Of a stretch of 64,000 nt of DNA, positions 1 to 13,515 are shown piece by piece. The first letter of the stretch is position 1; every line of letters starts with the position of its first letter. A program made the translations under genes and the position numbers. Location of the stretch: the NCBI GenBank assembly GCA_964016885.1, contig OZ024741.1:179552001-179616000 (forward strand). Direction: 5' to 3'. Below the pieces are notes generated by a model. That model did not search any database and was not told the DNA's origin. It saw only the letters and a program-made list of their open reading frames with translations. This DNA is from Eledone cirrhosa (lineage: Eukaryota).

Positions 1-242
1 AAGTCGCATACACATTATCTTCACACATATCTACACAGGCATATATATATGTGCTGATTGACAATAGGTATGCATGTCTGTGTGTGTGTCTGCCTTAGTA
101 TATGTATATGAATGTATGTGAGAGTGTATGTGTGTGTGAGTGTATTTGTGATAATTATTTTTTATAAAATATATATATCTTGAGATAATTATGAGAAAAA
201 AAACATATCTTCATATTTATTGTTTACTAAGAACAGCAATAA

Positions 243-270
243 CTCAGGCAACGCCGGGTAATTCAGCTAG
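243..270 (+). mobile_element. Helitron 3' terminus (hairpin + CTAG); element extends leftward
   Basis: CTCAGGC-AAC-GCCGGG hairpin, then TAATTCAG-CTAG|T; same terminal motif as 43669 and 47879. Confidence 0.6.
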
Positions 271-280
271 TATATATATA

Positions 281-2255
281 TCATCATCATCATCATCATC
301 ATCATCTTCGTTTAACGTCCATTTTCCATGCTAGCATGGGTTAGACGGGAGTTGTCCCACTTGAGGCAAGGTTGGTTGGGTGACCGTGTCTCGCTCATAT
401 AGGACTATCTGGCAGGTTTTCTACAGCTGGATGCCCTTCCTAACACCAACCACATTTACAGTGTGGAACTGGGAACTTTTTACGGTGTTACCTACACGGC
501 CACATTACAGCGTGGACTATGTGTTTTTTTCTCGTGACACCTACACGATCTCGATCTCATTTATCTCATTTATTTGGACTGGATGTTGTGGTACCAACTT
601 TATAGAGAGAGGGTGGTGTTGGTGGGAGTGGGAGGATAGGGTAGGGGTAGTGGATTGGGGTGTATATTTGGTTAAGAGGGGCCTACTGACTGAAGGTTTC
701 GCTTTGTACATAGGCAAGGCGGGTCTTCTGTATTACTACGTAGCGCCAAAGATCTTGGTCCAGTGACATTGTCTTAGAGAGGTGCAAATGTGTAAGGTTG
801 GAATTTATCAGATCATCCCAGGTTTTTCTGGGTTTACCTACTCCGTAACTACCATCAATTTTGATTGCCTGCACTTTTTTATACAGCTGTTGTCTTTCAT
901 GCGCATCACGTGGCCATACCAACGTAGTATTCTCTCGAGTAAACAGCATCTGATCCCTCTTATTCCTAATTTCTCACTTAGTTCATTTATGCTTTGCTGT
1001 TCACGTATATTATTATTACACATCCAACGGAGCATGCATGCTTCGTTCCTTTCCAGTCTACGCAGGTCCTCTGCACACAATGCCCATGTCTCACTGCCAT
1101 GTAGCATTGCTGTTCGTATACAAGCATCATACAATCTGCCTTTCATTTTTAGAGAGAAACCTTTTGTGGCCAACAGCGGTATAAGCTCTCTGAACTTTTT
1201 CCATCCCGTTCTGACTCTGGCTATTATACTTTCAGAACACCCTCCACCACTGCTGATTTCATTACCCAGGTAACGGAAAGTGTCTACTATTTCTATAGAA
1301 CCATCTGGGCAATAGAAGGGGCTAGTATCCTGTGGACACTTGCTACCTATTGCACCTGAGCATCGGCCACATATAAAGTCTACGTTCTTAGATAGTTTAC
1401 CTGTGATCCCCCATACTTTGTATTTGGGACATAAAATGGAATTTCTGCCTACTCCTTTCCTACACACTGAGCAAGGCCATTTCCCTGAGGGTACCTGTGC
1501 CTTATTTTCCTTTCTACAAACTAGGACTTTAGTCTTAGACAAGTTAACTTTAAGGCCTTTTGATTCTAGGCCATGCTTCCATGTTTGGAATTTCTTTTCT
1601 AGTTCAGCCATTGATTCAACTATGAGCGTTAGATCATCTGCGTATAGGATTTCCCATGGGCAGCCGGTCTTGAACTCCTCTGTTATAGCCTGAAGGGCAA
1701 TAATAAATAGGAGGGGGCTAAGGACAGAGCCTTGGTGAACACCAACTTTTACACTAAATTCTTCACAATATTCATTGTTAATTCTAACCTTACTGACTGT
1801 TTCATTATACATAGCTTGTATAGCTCTCACAAGCCATTCATCTACACCTAGTTTTCTAAGAGCCCACCAGATAATGGAGCGGGGGACTCTGTGAAAGGCT
1901 TTTTCCAGGTCTACAAAAGCTAAGTAGAGGGGTTTACTTTTAGCTAGGTACTTCTCTTGTAGTTGTCGTACAAGGAAAAGAGCGTCTGTGGTACTTTTAC
2001 CTGACACAAACCTAAACTGCATTTCATCTAGATCAATTTGCTCTCTAATTAGTTGCGCTATAACTCTTTCTGTGACCTTCATGACCTGGTCAACTAACTT
2101 AATGCCTCTATAGTTTCCTCTATCTAGAGCATCTCCTTTACCCTTGTAGCAGTTAATGATGATGCTGCTACGCCAGTCTTTTGGTATGACCCCATTCTGT
2201 ATTACTTGGTTAACTATACGGGTGACCATAGTATGTCCCACCATTCCAGATGCCT
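281..2255 (-). mobile_element. 5'-truncated RTE-clade LINE with 3' UTR and (GAT)n tail
   Basis: RT ORF 838-2244, C-terminus continuing in ORF 683-949; 3' end ...CCCATGCTAGCATGGAAAATGGACGTTAAACG + GAT repeats. Confidence 0.92.
683..2244 (-). pseudogene. Non-LTR reverse transcriptase (RTE type), truncated and frameshifted
   Basis: Motifs NYRGIKL, AFVDLEKAF, GVHQGSVLSPLLF, LYADDL, FRYLG, LRWYGHV; GKPRKTW in another frame. Confidence 0.9.
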
Positions 2256-2341
2256 ATTTGTGTGTATATATATGTGTGTGTGTGTGTGTGTGTATATATA
2301 TACATACACACACACCCATATATATATATATATACACACAT

Positions 2342-2390
2342 AAACCCATGCTAGCGTGGAAGATAGACGTTAAACGATGATGATGATGAT
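2342..2390 (+). mobile_element. Isolated RTE 3'-tail fragment
   Basis: AACCCATGCTAGCGTGGAAGATAGACGTTAAACGATGATGATG, same tail as the RTE at 281-345 but opposite strand. Confidence 0.8.
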
Positions 2391-2399
2391 AACACACAT

Positions 2400-2431
<32 letters not shown>

Positions 2432-2449
2432 TCATTTCATTTCATTTCA

Positions 2450-2773
2450 TTTTACGTCCACTTTTCCCTGCTTGCAAGGGTGGGACGGGAACTGATTCTG
2501 GCTTGATTTCTACAGCTGGATGCCCTTCCTAACACCAACCTCATTTACAGTGAGTGCTGGGTGCTTTTTTGCCGTGGCACCTCCACGGCCACTTTGCAGT
2601 GTAATGATAGGGATCCCAGTCCCTATCATCTCATTTCTACAGCTGAGTAAACTGGAGCAATGTGAAATAAAGTGTCTTGCTCAAGGAAACAACACATCAC
2701 CCGGTCTGAGAATTGAACTCACAACCTTTTGATTGCAAGGCCAATGCTCTAACCACTAAGCCATGTGCCTCCA
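2450..2773 (-). mobile_element. tRNA-headed SINE with RTE-derived 3' end
   Basis: Minus strand A box TGGCTTAGTGG, B box GAGTTCAATTC; 3' end GCAAGCAGGGAAAAGTGGACGTAAAATG like the RTE at 49370-49400; near-identical copy at 59828-60169. Confidence 0.8.
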
Positions 2774-3136
<363 letters not shown>

Positions 3137-3593
3137 ACACATATTATAGTACAGATTTAAGTTTAAGCAAACAATTTCTGCTTTCACCAAAACCTGCCTT
3201 CCCATATTCACAGGTTGAAGCATACATTCAGTATGCACCACATTTCCCTTCCTTCACCACCCACGTCCTAACACCCCACCCTTCACCCACATCCTAACAC
3301 CCCCACACACCCGATAAATACCCCCCATCCCTAGACCTACCTCTCCCATCGCCATGCACTTACACCAACCCTGTCTATATTGTAAAGTGGTCCTGTAGGT
3401 GTTAACAAAAAACACCCAATACACACTGTAAATGTGATTGGCATTAGGAAGGGCATCCAGCTGTAGAAACCAAGCCAAAATCAGTTCTATATGAGCAAGA
3501 CATGGTCATCTGATCTGGCTTGTCTCACAACAGGACAACATGTCTAACCCATGCTAGTGTGGAAAAATGGACACTAAACGGAGAAGATGATGA

Positions 3594-3635
<42 letters not shown>

Positions 3636-4209
3636 CAAGAAAACGAAAAATCAGTGATGCCTTTATTTTGTGTTACATACACACACAGTTTGGGTACAAA
3701 TGAAGAAAAAGAGCAATCAACATATAATGTTGAAATTGAGAATATTTATATTATTAGTTTGACCTATTCCTGCATTACCAATGGTTTCAAAGATGTAAAC
3801 ATCTAACTTTTTCAGATACTTGTCAATATATATAATTAACCCTTTGATACCACCATTTGTTCTATGATGCACATTCTCTCTCACTCCAACTTCACCTCCA
3901 CTGTCACTGCCACCACCACCAACAACAACAACACACACAAACCAAATATTCATTCACAAACACATATACAAATATTGACTAATTTGTACACACTGTAAAA
4001 TGGTTGGTTTTAGGAAGGGTAAATCATACCAAAATCAGAGTGTATGAGCAAGGCATGCTTCCCGACCCCACTACTGCCTTGTCTGAGATAACAACCCATG
4101 TAATCCGTTTTAGCATGGAAAGCAGATGTTAATTGATGATGATCAATTACATTTTAACCCTTTTGTTACTAAAGAACCTAATTCTACGATACAAAATTGT
4201 TTGTTTAAA

Positions 4210-4600
4210 ATGTTTACATAAACCATCTTGCCAACAACAACCCTGAGCACCTTTTTGAATTCCATGTGTCTAACACACGTGGACATGCCTACAAAGTCAG
4301 AAAACAGCACAGCTCCCACGATTTTCGGAAACACTTTTTCACGCTCAGAGTTGCTGAAGCATGGAACAAACTACCTGCATCAGTTATTAGCTGTCGAGAC
4401 ACTGCATCCTTTAAAACCTCTCTGCCTCCTGAAATTCATCAACACTACACCTGATATCCCCCCTCCATACACACACACACACACATGTATACCATGACTC
4501 ATACACTGTTCATTTTCCTGACATTTGTACATTATTCTATGTACTATACATGCACTTTTGACGAGTTGTAGTGCACCTGAGCACTGTACTCTAATTATAA
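4210..4600 (+). mobile_element. CR1-clade LINE 3' fragment
   Basis: Translation NTRGHAYKVRKQHSSHDFRKHFFTLRVAEAWNKLP, the typical CR1 ORF2 C-terminus; 3' end shared with the 5720 copy. Confidence 0.85.
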
Positions 4601-4966
4601 TTTTATAACAGAAAATAATGTTATATGTAAAAATTCTTGATTATTTTCAAAATAATTTTAGTCTTAGGAAGTGGTTTTCATGTAGTTATAGCAATTATTC
4701 TTGGCACTAAAAAAACCCATTTATAATGTCCAATGATGTTAAACCCTTTCAGTACATATCTAATGAAAACCACTTCCTAAGACTCAAATTCAAGGATGTT
4801 TTCGCTCATTGTCATTATTTAACGTTCACGTTTTCTGCTAGCAAGGGTTATGTTGATAAAATATTATTTTGTTTAAAATACGATATGAAATATTGTATAA
4901 GCTGTATTTTAAACATTAATGTTTTATTTTATTTATTTTTTCATCACTCATTTAAAATACATACTT

Positions 4967-5283
4967 TAACCCTTTTGACACTAACATGGGCAAATCTAGC
5001 TCTGGTTCTATGAAACAAAATCACTCACTTTAAAGGTCTCCTATATATATACTAAAAAATCTTTCAACATAACTTTAGTAAATCCTTCAAATTAATTAAT
5101 CAATTAATTAAAATAGAGTGTATTTCTAAAACCATTCATATTTAAATTAAAATCTACCAACATAATTTTGTATAAGAACCATATATTAAATTACTGTTGT
5201 AATAATACAATAATTAATAATCAATTCTTCATTAATTAGTTGAAACTGTATTTCATTATAAATACGATCAAGAAAAGGTTTAA
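4967..5283 (+). mobile_element. TTAA-CCC...GG-TTAA MITE family A (piggyBac-like ends), degraded
   Basis: Starts TTAACCCTTTTGA; interior (CTGGTTCTATGA, TAAATCC, TTCATTA) recurs near 14.83, 15.7(-), 17.35, 32.1(-), 37.0, 38.5 and 62.8 kb. Confidence 0.55.
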
Positions 5284-5719
5284 TGAAATATATATTATAA
5301 ACTTATCTCTGATGAGGTAACTAAGTAAGTAAATATTAGAGTTATTTCCCTTACAGCATAGTTGAAATTGTGTTATCTTTCGCTAAACAATCTTAACGCG
5401 ATTTAGAAGGATAACTAGATATAATCTTACTGTCTGCATGATTTGTGGCAGTGATTCTGGAAGTTGGGCATATGGCACACAAGGGGACAATTTTAATATT
5501 TTAGGTGCTAATGCCAAGCATAGATATGTCATTTACAAAAGTGAGTGAATTTGGTATATATAACCATCGTTTTTATGTCCACTTTTCTACTCTGGCATGG
5601 GTTGGACGATATGTTTTAAGGCAATGTTTTACAGCCGAAAGTTTTTTCTGACACCAACCCTTTTGGTCGTCTCTTATGACATGCAGGATACAGTGTACCT
5701 ATTCTAAAAGTCGGGACAT

Positions 5720-6048
5720 ATATGAGTGCCTTTTCGATTTCCACGTGTCTAACACACGTGGACATGCCCACAAAGTAAGAAAACAGCACAGTTCCCATGA
5801 CTTTCGGAAACATTTTTTCACGCTCAGAGTTGCTGAAGCATGGAACAAACTACCTGCATCAGTTGTTAGCTGTCGAGACACTGCATCCTTTAAGGCCTCC
5901 ATGCTTCCCGAGATCCGCCAACACTACAGCTAACACATACAAACATGTACTTCCCTGGCATTTGTGTATTATTCTATGTACTATATTGACGAGTTGTAGT
6001 GCACCTGAGCACTTTACACAATAATTTCATTATTATTATTATTATTAT
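5720..6048 (+). mobile_element. CR1-clade LINE 3' fragment with (ATT)n tail
   Basis: NTRGHAHKVRKQHSSHDFRKHFFTLRVAEAWNKLP; ends GCACCTGAGCAC...ATTATTATT. Confidence 0.85.
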
Positions 6049-9000
6049 AAATGTGTGTGTTTGTGAATGTGCGTGTGTATGTGCCTTTGCCACAAACCTC
6101 ATATGGATAATCTACATTTATATAAAAAAGCAGTAATGTTTGTTTATGTCACTCATAATCAAATATCATTGCAGTGTAGTGGCTCGATAAACAATAATAA
6201 AACAGGTCTGAAAAGCACTGGCATAGCTTTTCTAGGACTACATTATTTAATGTGTCCTTTTATTGAGGTTAGATATTTTTTAATTGCTACTGCTAGCAGG
6301 TTGAATGACCATATACAGACATATGAAGTCCTTTTCTAGGTGTGTGACTTTCCTGGGGCCAACTGTTTTGGCTGCCTCATACCTCACAAATCAAACACAC
6401 ACAATCCATATATAACCTGGATTTAATAATAGGTACACTGTATTCCTGCGTATAATAAAATGTAACTATAAGGGTTAACCTTAGGAATGTCAACCAGCTG
6501 TAAAGCATTGACTGAAAATATCTTATGCAACCCATGTAAGTATGGAAAAGTGGAGGTAAAAACAATGATGATGCCATTTAGCTACAATGCAGTTAATCAT
6601 ATATTTTCATCTTTAGCTTAGTTTCTATTTTAAAAAAAAAAAATTTCTGTTAAGATACTGAAAATCATAAATATATAGGGACAGAATATAAAAAAAAAAA
6701 AAATGAGAAAGATAGCAGGAATATAAACATTATAGGGTAATAAAATTGCTTAAGCAAGGGCAACTTCTCTAGTTGAGCAGTAACTCCAAATAGATATTTG
6801 CATGGGGTGATGTGAACTCCATAAGCTGTAATGACACTGGATAAAAACTGATATGGGGTAGAGTAAACCCATAAGCCCTGAAAGATAGCCTTTATAATGC
6901 TTGTGGTACAATAAAATGTACCCACTCTAATTTGTAAAGTGGTTGGTGACTGGAAACGTATCCTGTCAGAAAAGCTATGCGAAAGCAATGACTAGCACAA
7001 CACTGTCACGATATCCAGCCAGTGTAAGCATGGAAAAAAATCTTGTTGATAATAAGGAGGAGGAGGTTAAAATTGTTTACAAGTGTAAAAGTGTTTACAA
7101 CTCAATTGACTAAATAATTTATTTAGTTATTTAAATTACTGAGTTGTAGGGATGCATCATAACTGAATAGTTAGGAAGTTTGCTTCACAATCATATCAGG
7201 AGCTTGATCCCAGTTTGACATCTTGGGTTAGTATTTTTTACTACAAACTCAGATCAACCTAAGCCTTGAGTGAAATTATGTAAATTGAAACTCTTATGAA
7301 TTTGGAAGCCTATTGTATGAATTGTACTTTTACATCAACGAGTCAGCCTTGTCATACATTGCTGTGACTTACTGAATCTCCCTGAGAATTATGTTAAGGG
7401 TACACATGTTTGTGGAATACATAGCTAATTACATGTCAATATCACATGTAGGCTGTTCCTTTGATCAATCAACTAGAACACTGATTGTCAAACGCAATAA
7501 AAGGTTCATTTCTGCCTTTTTAGTTGGTGGTAAATTGGTAGAGTGGTTAGGGCATCTAATTATATACCTTTGTAATTGTTCTGGTTCACTCTGCACCGAG
7601 TTCAAATCCTGCTAGGGGTTAACATTGCATTTCAACCTTTTGGAGTTGATAAATAAAGAACCAATCTTGGGGCATTTGGTGTCAGAATTGATACAGAATC
7701 AGATGGGACGCTTTGCAATATCTGATCCAGCTCTCTGTTCCGAGTTCAAATTATGCCTTCTTTCATGAGTAGTGACAAAGAGATAGTATTAACAATGAAG
7801 AGACCGGTTGAAATAGTGTTTCCTTTGTTCTATCTGAGGATTGGCTCCTTTCCTTTGACATCTTTTTAATGTCCGAGTTGTGTGAAATAATGTTAAAATC
7901 ATGACTTCAACCAAAGTGGAGAGATTCTAGATTTAAAGTATCTAGAATAAAAAGACTATGATAAATTATAACAGCTTTCAGTTAGATTCTATCTGATATA
8001 ATTCATTTTTATATGATCTGAGGGGAAAAGGTTTGATAAATATAAATGTAAGGAAGAGATTTATGCATTGAAAGTAATGGAGAAATGTTATTCTATTAAA
8101 CAGTATCTGCTGCTATTGTTATCATCCTAGCTATAAAACAATATTGAAGTGTTTTGTTGTTGTTTTTACTATTTTACATCCATTTCCTGTTATAGAAGTA
8201 TGCAATGGTATATTTCCTGGAGCAAATGTTTTTACAGCTGGCTGCTGCTGTGCTGTTAGCCACTGAACTGTGAAATGGGGCATGAAACCAGCCTTTTGTT
8301 CAATCATGCAAACTAAAGCAAACAGAGTTATGTACCTTGTTCTGGGTCACAACACAATGACTGTAGTAAAATCGCTTCTAATATATGGTACAAGATCAGA
8401 AATTTGAAAGGAGGGCATAAGTGGACTGGGTCTTAAAACCAGCCCAGGCATCGAGGTGACACTGACTAACAAACTGCTGAGAATCTGAGGTCTGTTGTCA
8501 CTGTTCAGCCTAGGTGATGCTGACTAGCAAACAAACAGCAGAGGGCCAGAGGTGTGTTTTCGTTGCTCAGCTAAGGTGTAGTCCATTTTGTTTCAAAACA
8601 TTAGTACAGCTGTGTTTTGAGTTTCTTTTTAACACAGTCCAAATGCCTGTATGGCCATTCTGTTTCTAAAGGAGGAGGAACAGTTGATAAAAATCAACCC
8701 TGATACTTCACTGGTACTGTATTTTAACAATCCTGAAAGGATGAAAGACAAAGTAGGCCTTGGTGGAATCTGAACTCAGAGAATGTTCATAGTTGGAACA
8801 AATACTACAAAACACTTTTCTGACAATCCACCACCCTTAATGGCTTCTAATTTAGTCACAAAGCCAATAATTTGGGGTGAAGGGAAAGTTGATTAAACCA
8901 ACCCCCAGTACTTGGCAGGTACTTTATTTTATTGAGCCTAGAAGGATAAAATGCAAAGTTGACCTGGGCAGGATTTGAAGTGTGAATTTGTGGTTCAATA

Positions 9001-10754
9001 TTTCAAGTTCACAACATGATTAGCTACACTTACAGGCAGAAAGTAAATCTGGCACTATTAATATAAAAAATTGAAATGAAAAAATGAAATGTTACAGCTT
9101 ACACCTATGCAAGTTTAGATAACCTCCTACAAGGTAATATCTTATAGGAGGTCTTGGGTGTTTCCTATAATGAAAAGCAAAATTTACAGCTTATACCTAT
9201 TAGGCTTAGCTGGCCTCCTATGTTGTATTTCATAAATGTCTAGGGTTTTAATGGTAGGTCTGAGTGTCTGGCTCAAGAACACAACATGCCACCTGGTTCA
9301 AGTATTGAATCTACAACTTTCTGATTATGAAGTCAACACCATAACCACTAGGCCATGTTCCTCCACTATAAACAATTGAAAAATTGGATTGCTGTGAAAA
9401 AAATCACTCTCTGATGGTTTCTCTTTTGAACTGCTTATATTCATTAATTGCAGTTCAACAGTGAATTAGGAGAGTCATTAGAGTGTTGGATAGAATATCT
9501 TGTGATATTTGTTCTGACTTTGCATTCTGAGTTCAAATTCTGCTGAGGTTAACTTTGCATTTCATTGATTCAGGGTTGATAAAATAAAGTACCAGTTCAT
9601 GGTGGTGGATTAACAGGATTGTTAGAATGTTAGGGTACACATTTCCTAATAAAATGCACACTATTTAAATGAATTAATGAAGAATTTGAACGGATTGGTA
9701 TTTATAACATAAAATATTCTTATATAAAATTAATAGGAAGATTTAAATTTAACTCTTAACACCCTGCAATGATTTAACAGAAAATATCTTAAAAAGCGTG
9801 TTTATAGTATCTTTACTAATGGATAGATTTTTGTGAAAATTTGCAGTTTAAAGTAAAGACTTTAATTTTTAATGTGATGCAGTCATAGTGTTGATTTGTA
9901 CTTTTCAAGGACATCTTGCTAATAGTTTCATATGATATAGAACATTAAGAGTTAAATAGGAACCCTTTAAAATATATAGGTTTGTTTCATAGAAACAGAT
10001 TCAGTTAGGGACAGATTGGTATCAAATGGTTTAACAAATATCTGAATAAACATGAAAACAAACAATTTTCAGAACAATCCTTTTACTCTTTTACTGCTTT
10101 CAGTCATTAGACTGCAGCCAAACTGGAGCACAGACTTCATGGCTTTAGTTAATCATATCAATCCTAATAATTATTTAGAAGTCTGGTATATATTTCATTC
10201 ATCTTTGTTTCTTGAACTGAGAATATCTTCAATAAAGTATTTACTGTCTGAAGTTTTCAAATTAGATTAAAAAAAAAAGTGTTATTTTTACTTTGCTTCC
10301 CGTAGTTAAACTCTTCACCAAAGATTCACAAACGGGAGGTACTTGGCTCCCGGAGTAAGAAATTGGGGAGGAATATTAGACAAGGAAACATTCAAACTGA
10401 GTAAAAATAGCATACATTGTGTATATATCAAATAAAATACCAATATACCAAACTATTTGGGTGACCACAAATTAACATTTCATAAAAAATTGCTGCTTCA
10501 GACTTAATCTTGTTTGTGACTATACAATTATTGAAGTTTGAAAAGCTTGCTTATGTTAATTTGATGAAAGTTCAAAATGGGGTAGAAATTGAGATAACCT
10601 AGAATTTCATGGGGTGGACTGTGATCTGGGTCTCAGAAAACTACTGATCTACACTATGTTTATGGATAATACTGATTTCTTACATAGGAACATCCTGAAT
10701 TTATAAAATGAGGGTAAATACATTAACAACAATGATCATTATTAAATAATATAG

Positions 10755-10978
10755 AGGGCAGTGGGTAAGCAGAATTGGTAGAGTGCCAGACAACATGCTT
10801 TGCAGCATAGAGTTACGGCCCTTTACGTTCTAAGTTCAAATCCTGCTGAGGTTAGCTTTGCCTTTCATCCTCATGGGGGTCGATAAATAAAGCACCAGTA
10901 ATACACTGGGGTTGGTTGAATCGACTTTCCATTTCCCTTCAAATTGTTGGCCTTGTGCCTAAAGTAGAAACACTTATA
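10755..10978 (+). mobile_element. tRNA-derived SINE with Meta/MESC-like core
   Basis: GTTCAAATCC B box followed by TTTGCCTTTCATCC...GGGGTCGATAAATAAAGCACCAG; many copies in the window. Confidence 0.8.
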
Positions 10979-11639
10979 AGGGTAGTAGATTGCAGGATTG
11001 ATTGAGCACTGTATAAAATGCTTTGCTTATTTAGTCATGACTTTCTACATTCTGTGTTCAAATTTCATTTTGCCCTTCATCATTTTGGAGTCAATAAAAT
11101 AAAGTGCCAATAAAGTACAGGGGTCGATATAATCAGCTCCCCAACTCTCACAAGTTGTTGGCTTTGTGACAATGTTAGAAAGAATTATTAAGTAAAATGT
11201 GTGTATGTATTTTATCAGTTGAGGAGTTACAGTGTCTGAAAAGCCAAGAGTTTTGTTCAGATATGGCTGTGTGCTTTCGGAGTTCACTTCACAACCACAT
11301 CGTTCTGGGTTCAGTCTCGCTACTTCTATCACAGGCTTCCTAGACCAAACTTAGTAAATCATTCAAGTGGAAAAACATCCCTCACTAACACTCTCCAGTT
11401 ATGAAGGTGCTTCTGTGTGATTGATTAACCTAGTAGGAATAGTAACTAAATTTCTTTCAGATCACATACACACTGTCTTGATACCAGCCTGATCAAAACT
11501 GCCTCTGGTCCTATGGAACAAAACAACTCATTTTAAAGGGTTTCTATTGATAATGAGATCCTTGGTTCCCTTCAAAAAACCTATTATCAAAGGCATTCCA
11601 GCCACGACCATCCCATTCTTATGTGTAGAAAGAAACATA

Positions 11640-11902
11640 TGCCAGCCTCCCACGCATATCTGACATTGTACATAAAAGGAGAGTAAAATTTGCTGGCCAG
11701 TGCCATCATGCTACTTCTGAGGCAGTGTACCCTTTAGTGCTTTGGAAACCACATGTAGTCATTAATAACAGGGGATGCAAGCTCTCCTATCCTGATGTCA
11801 TCTCCAGAGATTCAGGTATTGAAATTTAGGATTTGGCAACGGCAATGAACAACAGACCCACGTGGAGATCAATTTTGGCTGATACCACCAGATGATAATG
11901 AT
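11640..11902 (+). mobile_element. Degraded RTE/RTE-X LINE 3' end
   Basis: Translation FAGQCHH...LVLWKP...LSYPDVISRDSG...AMNNRPTWR; GAT-like tail. Confidence 0.7.
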
Positions 11903-12676
11903 CATGTGTAGAGCTAAACAACAAGAGTAACATGTCTACACACAGACACATACACTCTCACATGCATGCAAATATTCACTGTATATGAATACATTCATTG
12001 CATGAACTCACCTCACATTTGTTGCCTGTATATACATTTGCTGCACAAGCACATATACGCAAGAATACAAATGCATATTCAAACACACACACACTCACAT
12101 TTACACACATAAAGAGTACTAGGAGATAGAGAGAAAACAAATACAGAGAAAGACACACACAAAAAATAACTCATTGATTAAAAAATATCAGCAAAAAGAG
12201 GATAAAGCACACCTCAAAACAAGAATATATTAATTTGCCAGAAAAGGAAAGACAGTTCAATACATTTGCTAAAGCTGCTCTTTGTAAAAGCCAAATTAGC
12301 TTCAAGCACACAAACTTAACCCTTATATGGCTGTATTTCCATGTATTCTAATTAATTAAGTAATTCAGGGAGATTTACTCAAGTTATTAACTATTTCATT
12401 AAAATGGTATTTGTAACATAACCTAACAAATGATTCTAGTATGAAATTATATTTAAATAGGAACCCATTAAATTGGGTGTTTTGTTTCAAAGAACCAGAG
12501 GCAGTTTTGGATGGGTTTGTATGATAAGGGCTAAATGTCATTAACCCCTTCGTGAGCATATTTTTAATGAAACACTTTGCCTACAGGTTTCAGCTAATTT
12601 TGAAAATAGAATAATAAAAAAAATGTCAAAAGGATGATTTAATGAAGTAACTAACTCATTATTAAGCTGGATATGG

Positions 12677-12915
12677 AGGGTAGTGGATTGGCAGAATTGT
12701 TAGAGAGTCAGACAAATACTTAACAGTATTTGTTTTGGCTCTTTACAATCTGAGTTCAAATCCCACCAAGGTCAACTTTGCCTTTGATCCGTGTGTGTGT
12801 GCAGGGGGGGGGGGGTCAATAAAGTAAAGTACCAGTAACCCACTGGGGTCAATTTAATCGACTTTCCCCTCACCCCCAAATTGTTGGCCGTGTGCCTAAA
12901 TCAGAAACAATTATT
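12677..12915 (+). mobile_element. tRNA-derived SINE (Meta-like core)
   Basis: CTGAGTTCAAATCCCACCAAGGTCAACTTTGCCTTT...GTGCCTAAATCAGAAACAATTA. Confidence 0.8.
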
Positions 12916-12959
12916 AAGCTGGTTAAGAAAGAAAATGTTAGTAGAGTGTACTATTGAAA

Positions 12960-13515
12960 ATCTGGATATTACTATCAAAAGATAGCAGCTCAAGTGAACC
13001 GCATAGTTCACATACTTGAGAAAGATCTTTGCTGAGGATGGGAAGCTGTACAGAGAAATAGAGATTAGAGTTCAGAGGACAAACTCAGTCAGATATCCCC
13101 TAACATCCCTCAAAGTCAGACTGATCAACTCGATCTTCACACCCACTCTCACCTACCAGTGCCAGACCTGGATTTTGAACAAAGCACAGGAGTGAACACA
13201 CACAACTTGTGAGATATCTGGTCAACAGCTGGTAAAACCAAAAGGAACTAAATGAGAAACAAAGACAGATGGTTGGTGCCATATCTATCAACCAATTCAC
13301 AGCCTTTCAATGAGTAAAATAATTTAGTCACCTGATAAGTATGCTTTCAGGCCTATAACACTAAGCATTTGGGCTTCAATACTAGCAGAATACCATACTA
13401 GCCGTGGATTGATGAAGTCACAGACACACTCTACAGCACCCACATAGGTCTCACATCTTGCTGCAGATCACCAACTTTATCCTCCAGGGACACCTTCTCA
13501 ATAGAAATGCCTGGA
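12960..13515 (+). mobile_element. Heavily degraded RTE LINE 3' portion
   Basis: Fragmentary peptides FTYL, IFAEDGKLYREIEIRVQ, LINSIFTPTLTYQCQTW, WIDEV. Confidence 0.65.

Noticed and set aside
782-1693. Plus-strand ORFs of 163 and 117 aa (also 48813-49492 minus)
   Set aside because: Antisense shadows of RTE coding sequence.
5305-5385. CTGATGA followed later by GAAA
   Set aside because: Could not form stem II adjacent to GAAA or a stem I; not supportable as a hammerhead.
8450-8580. Two diverged ~60-bp direct repeats
   Set aside because: Only two copies with no further structure; an ordinary local duplication.
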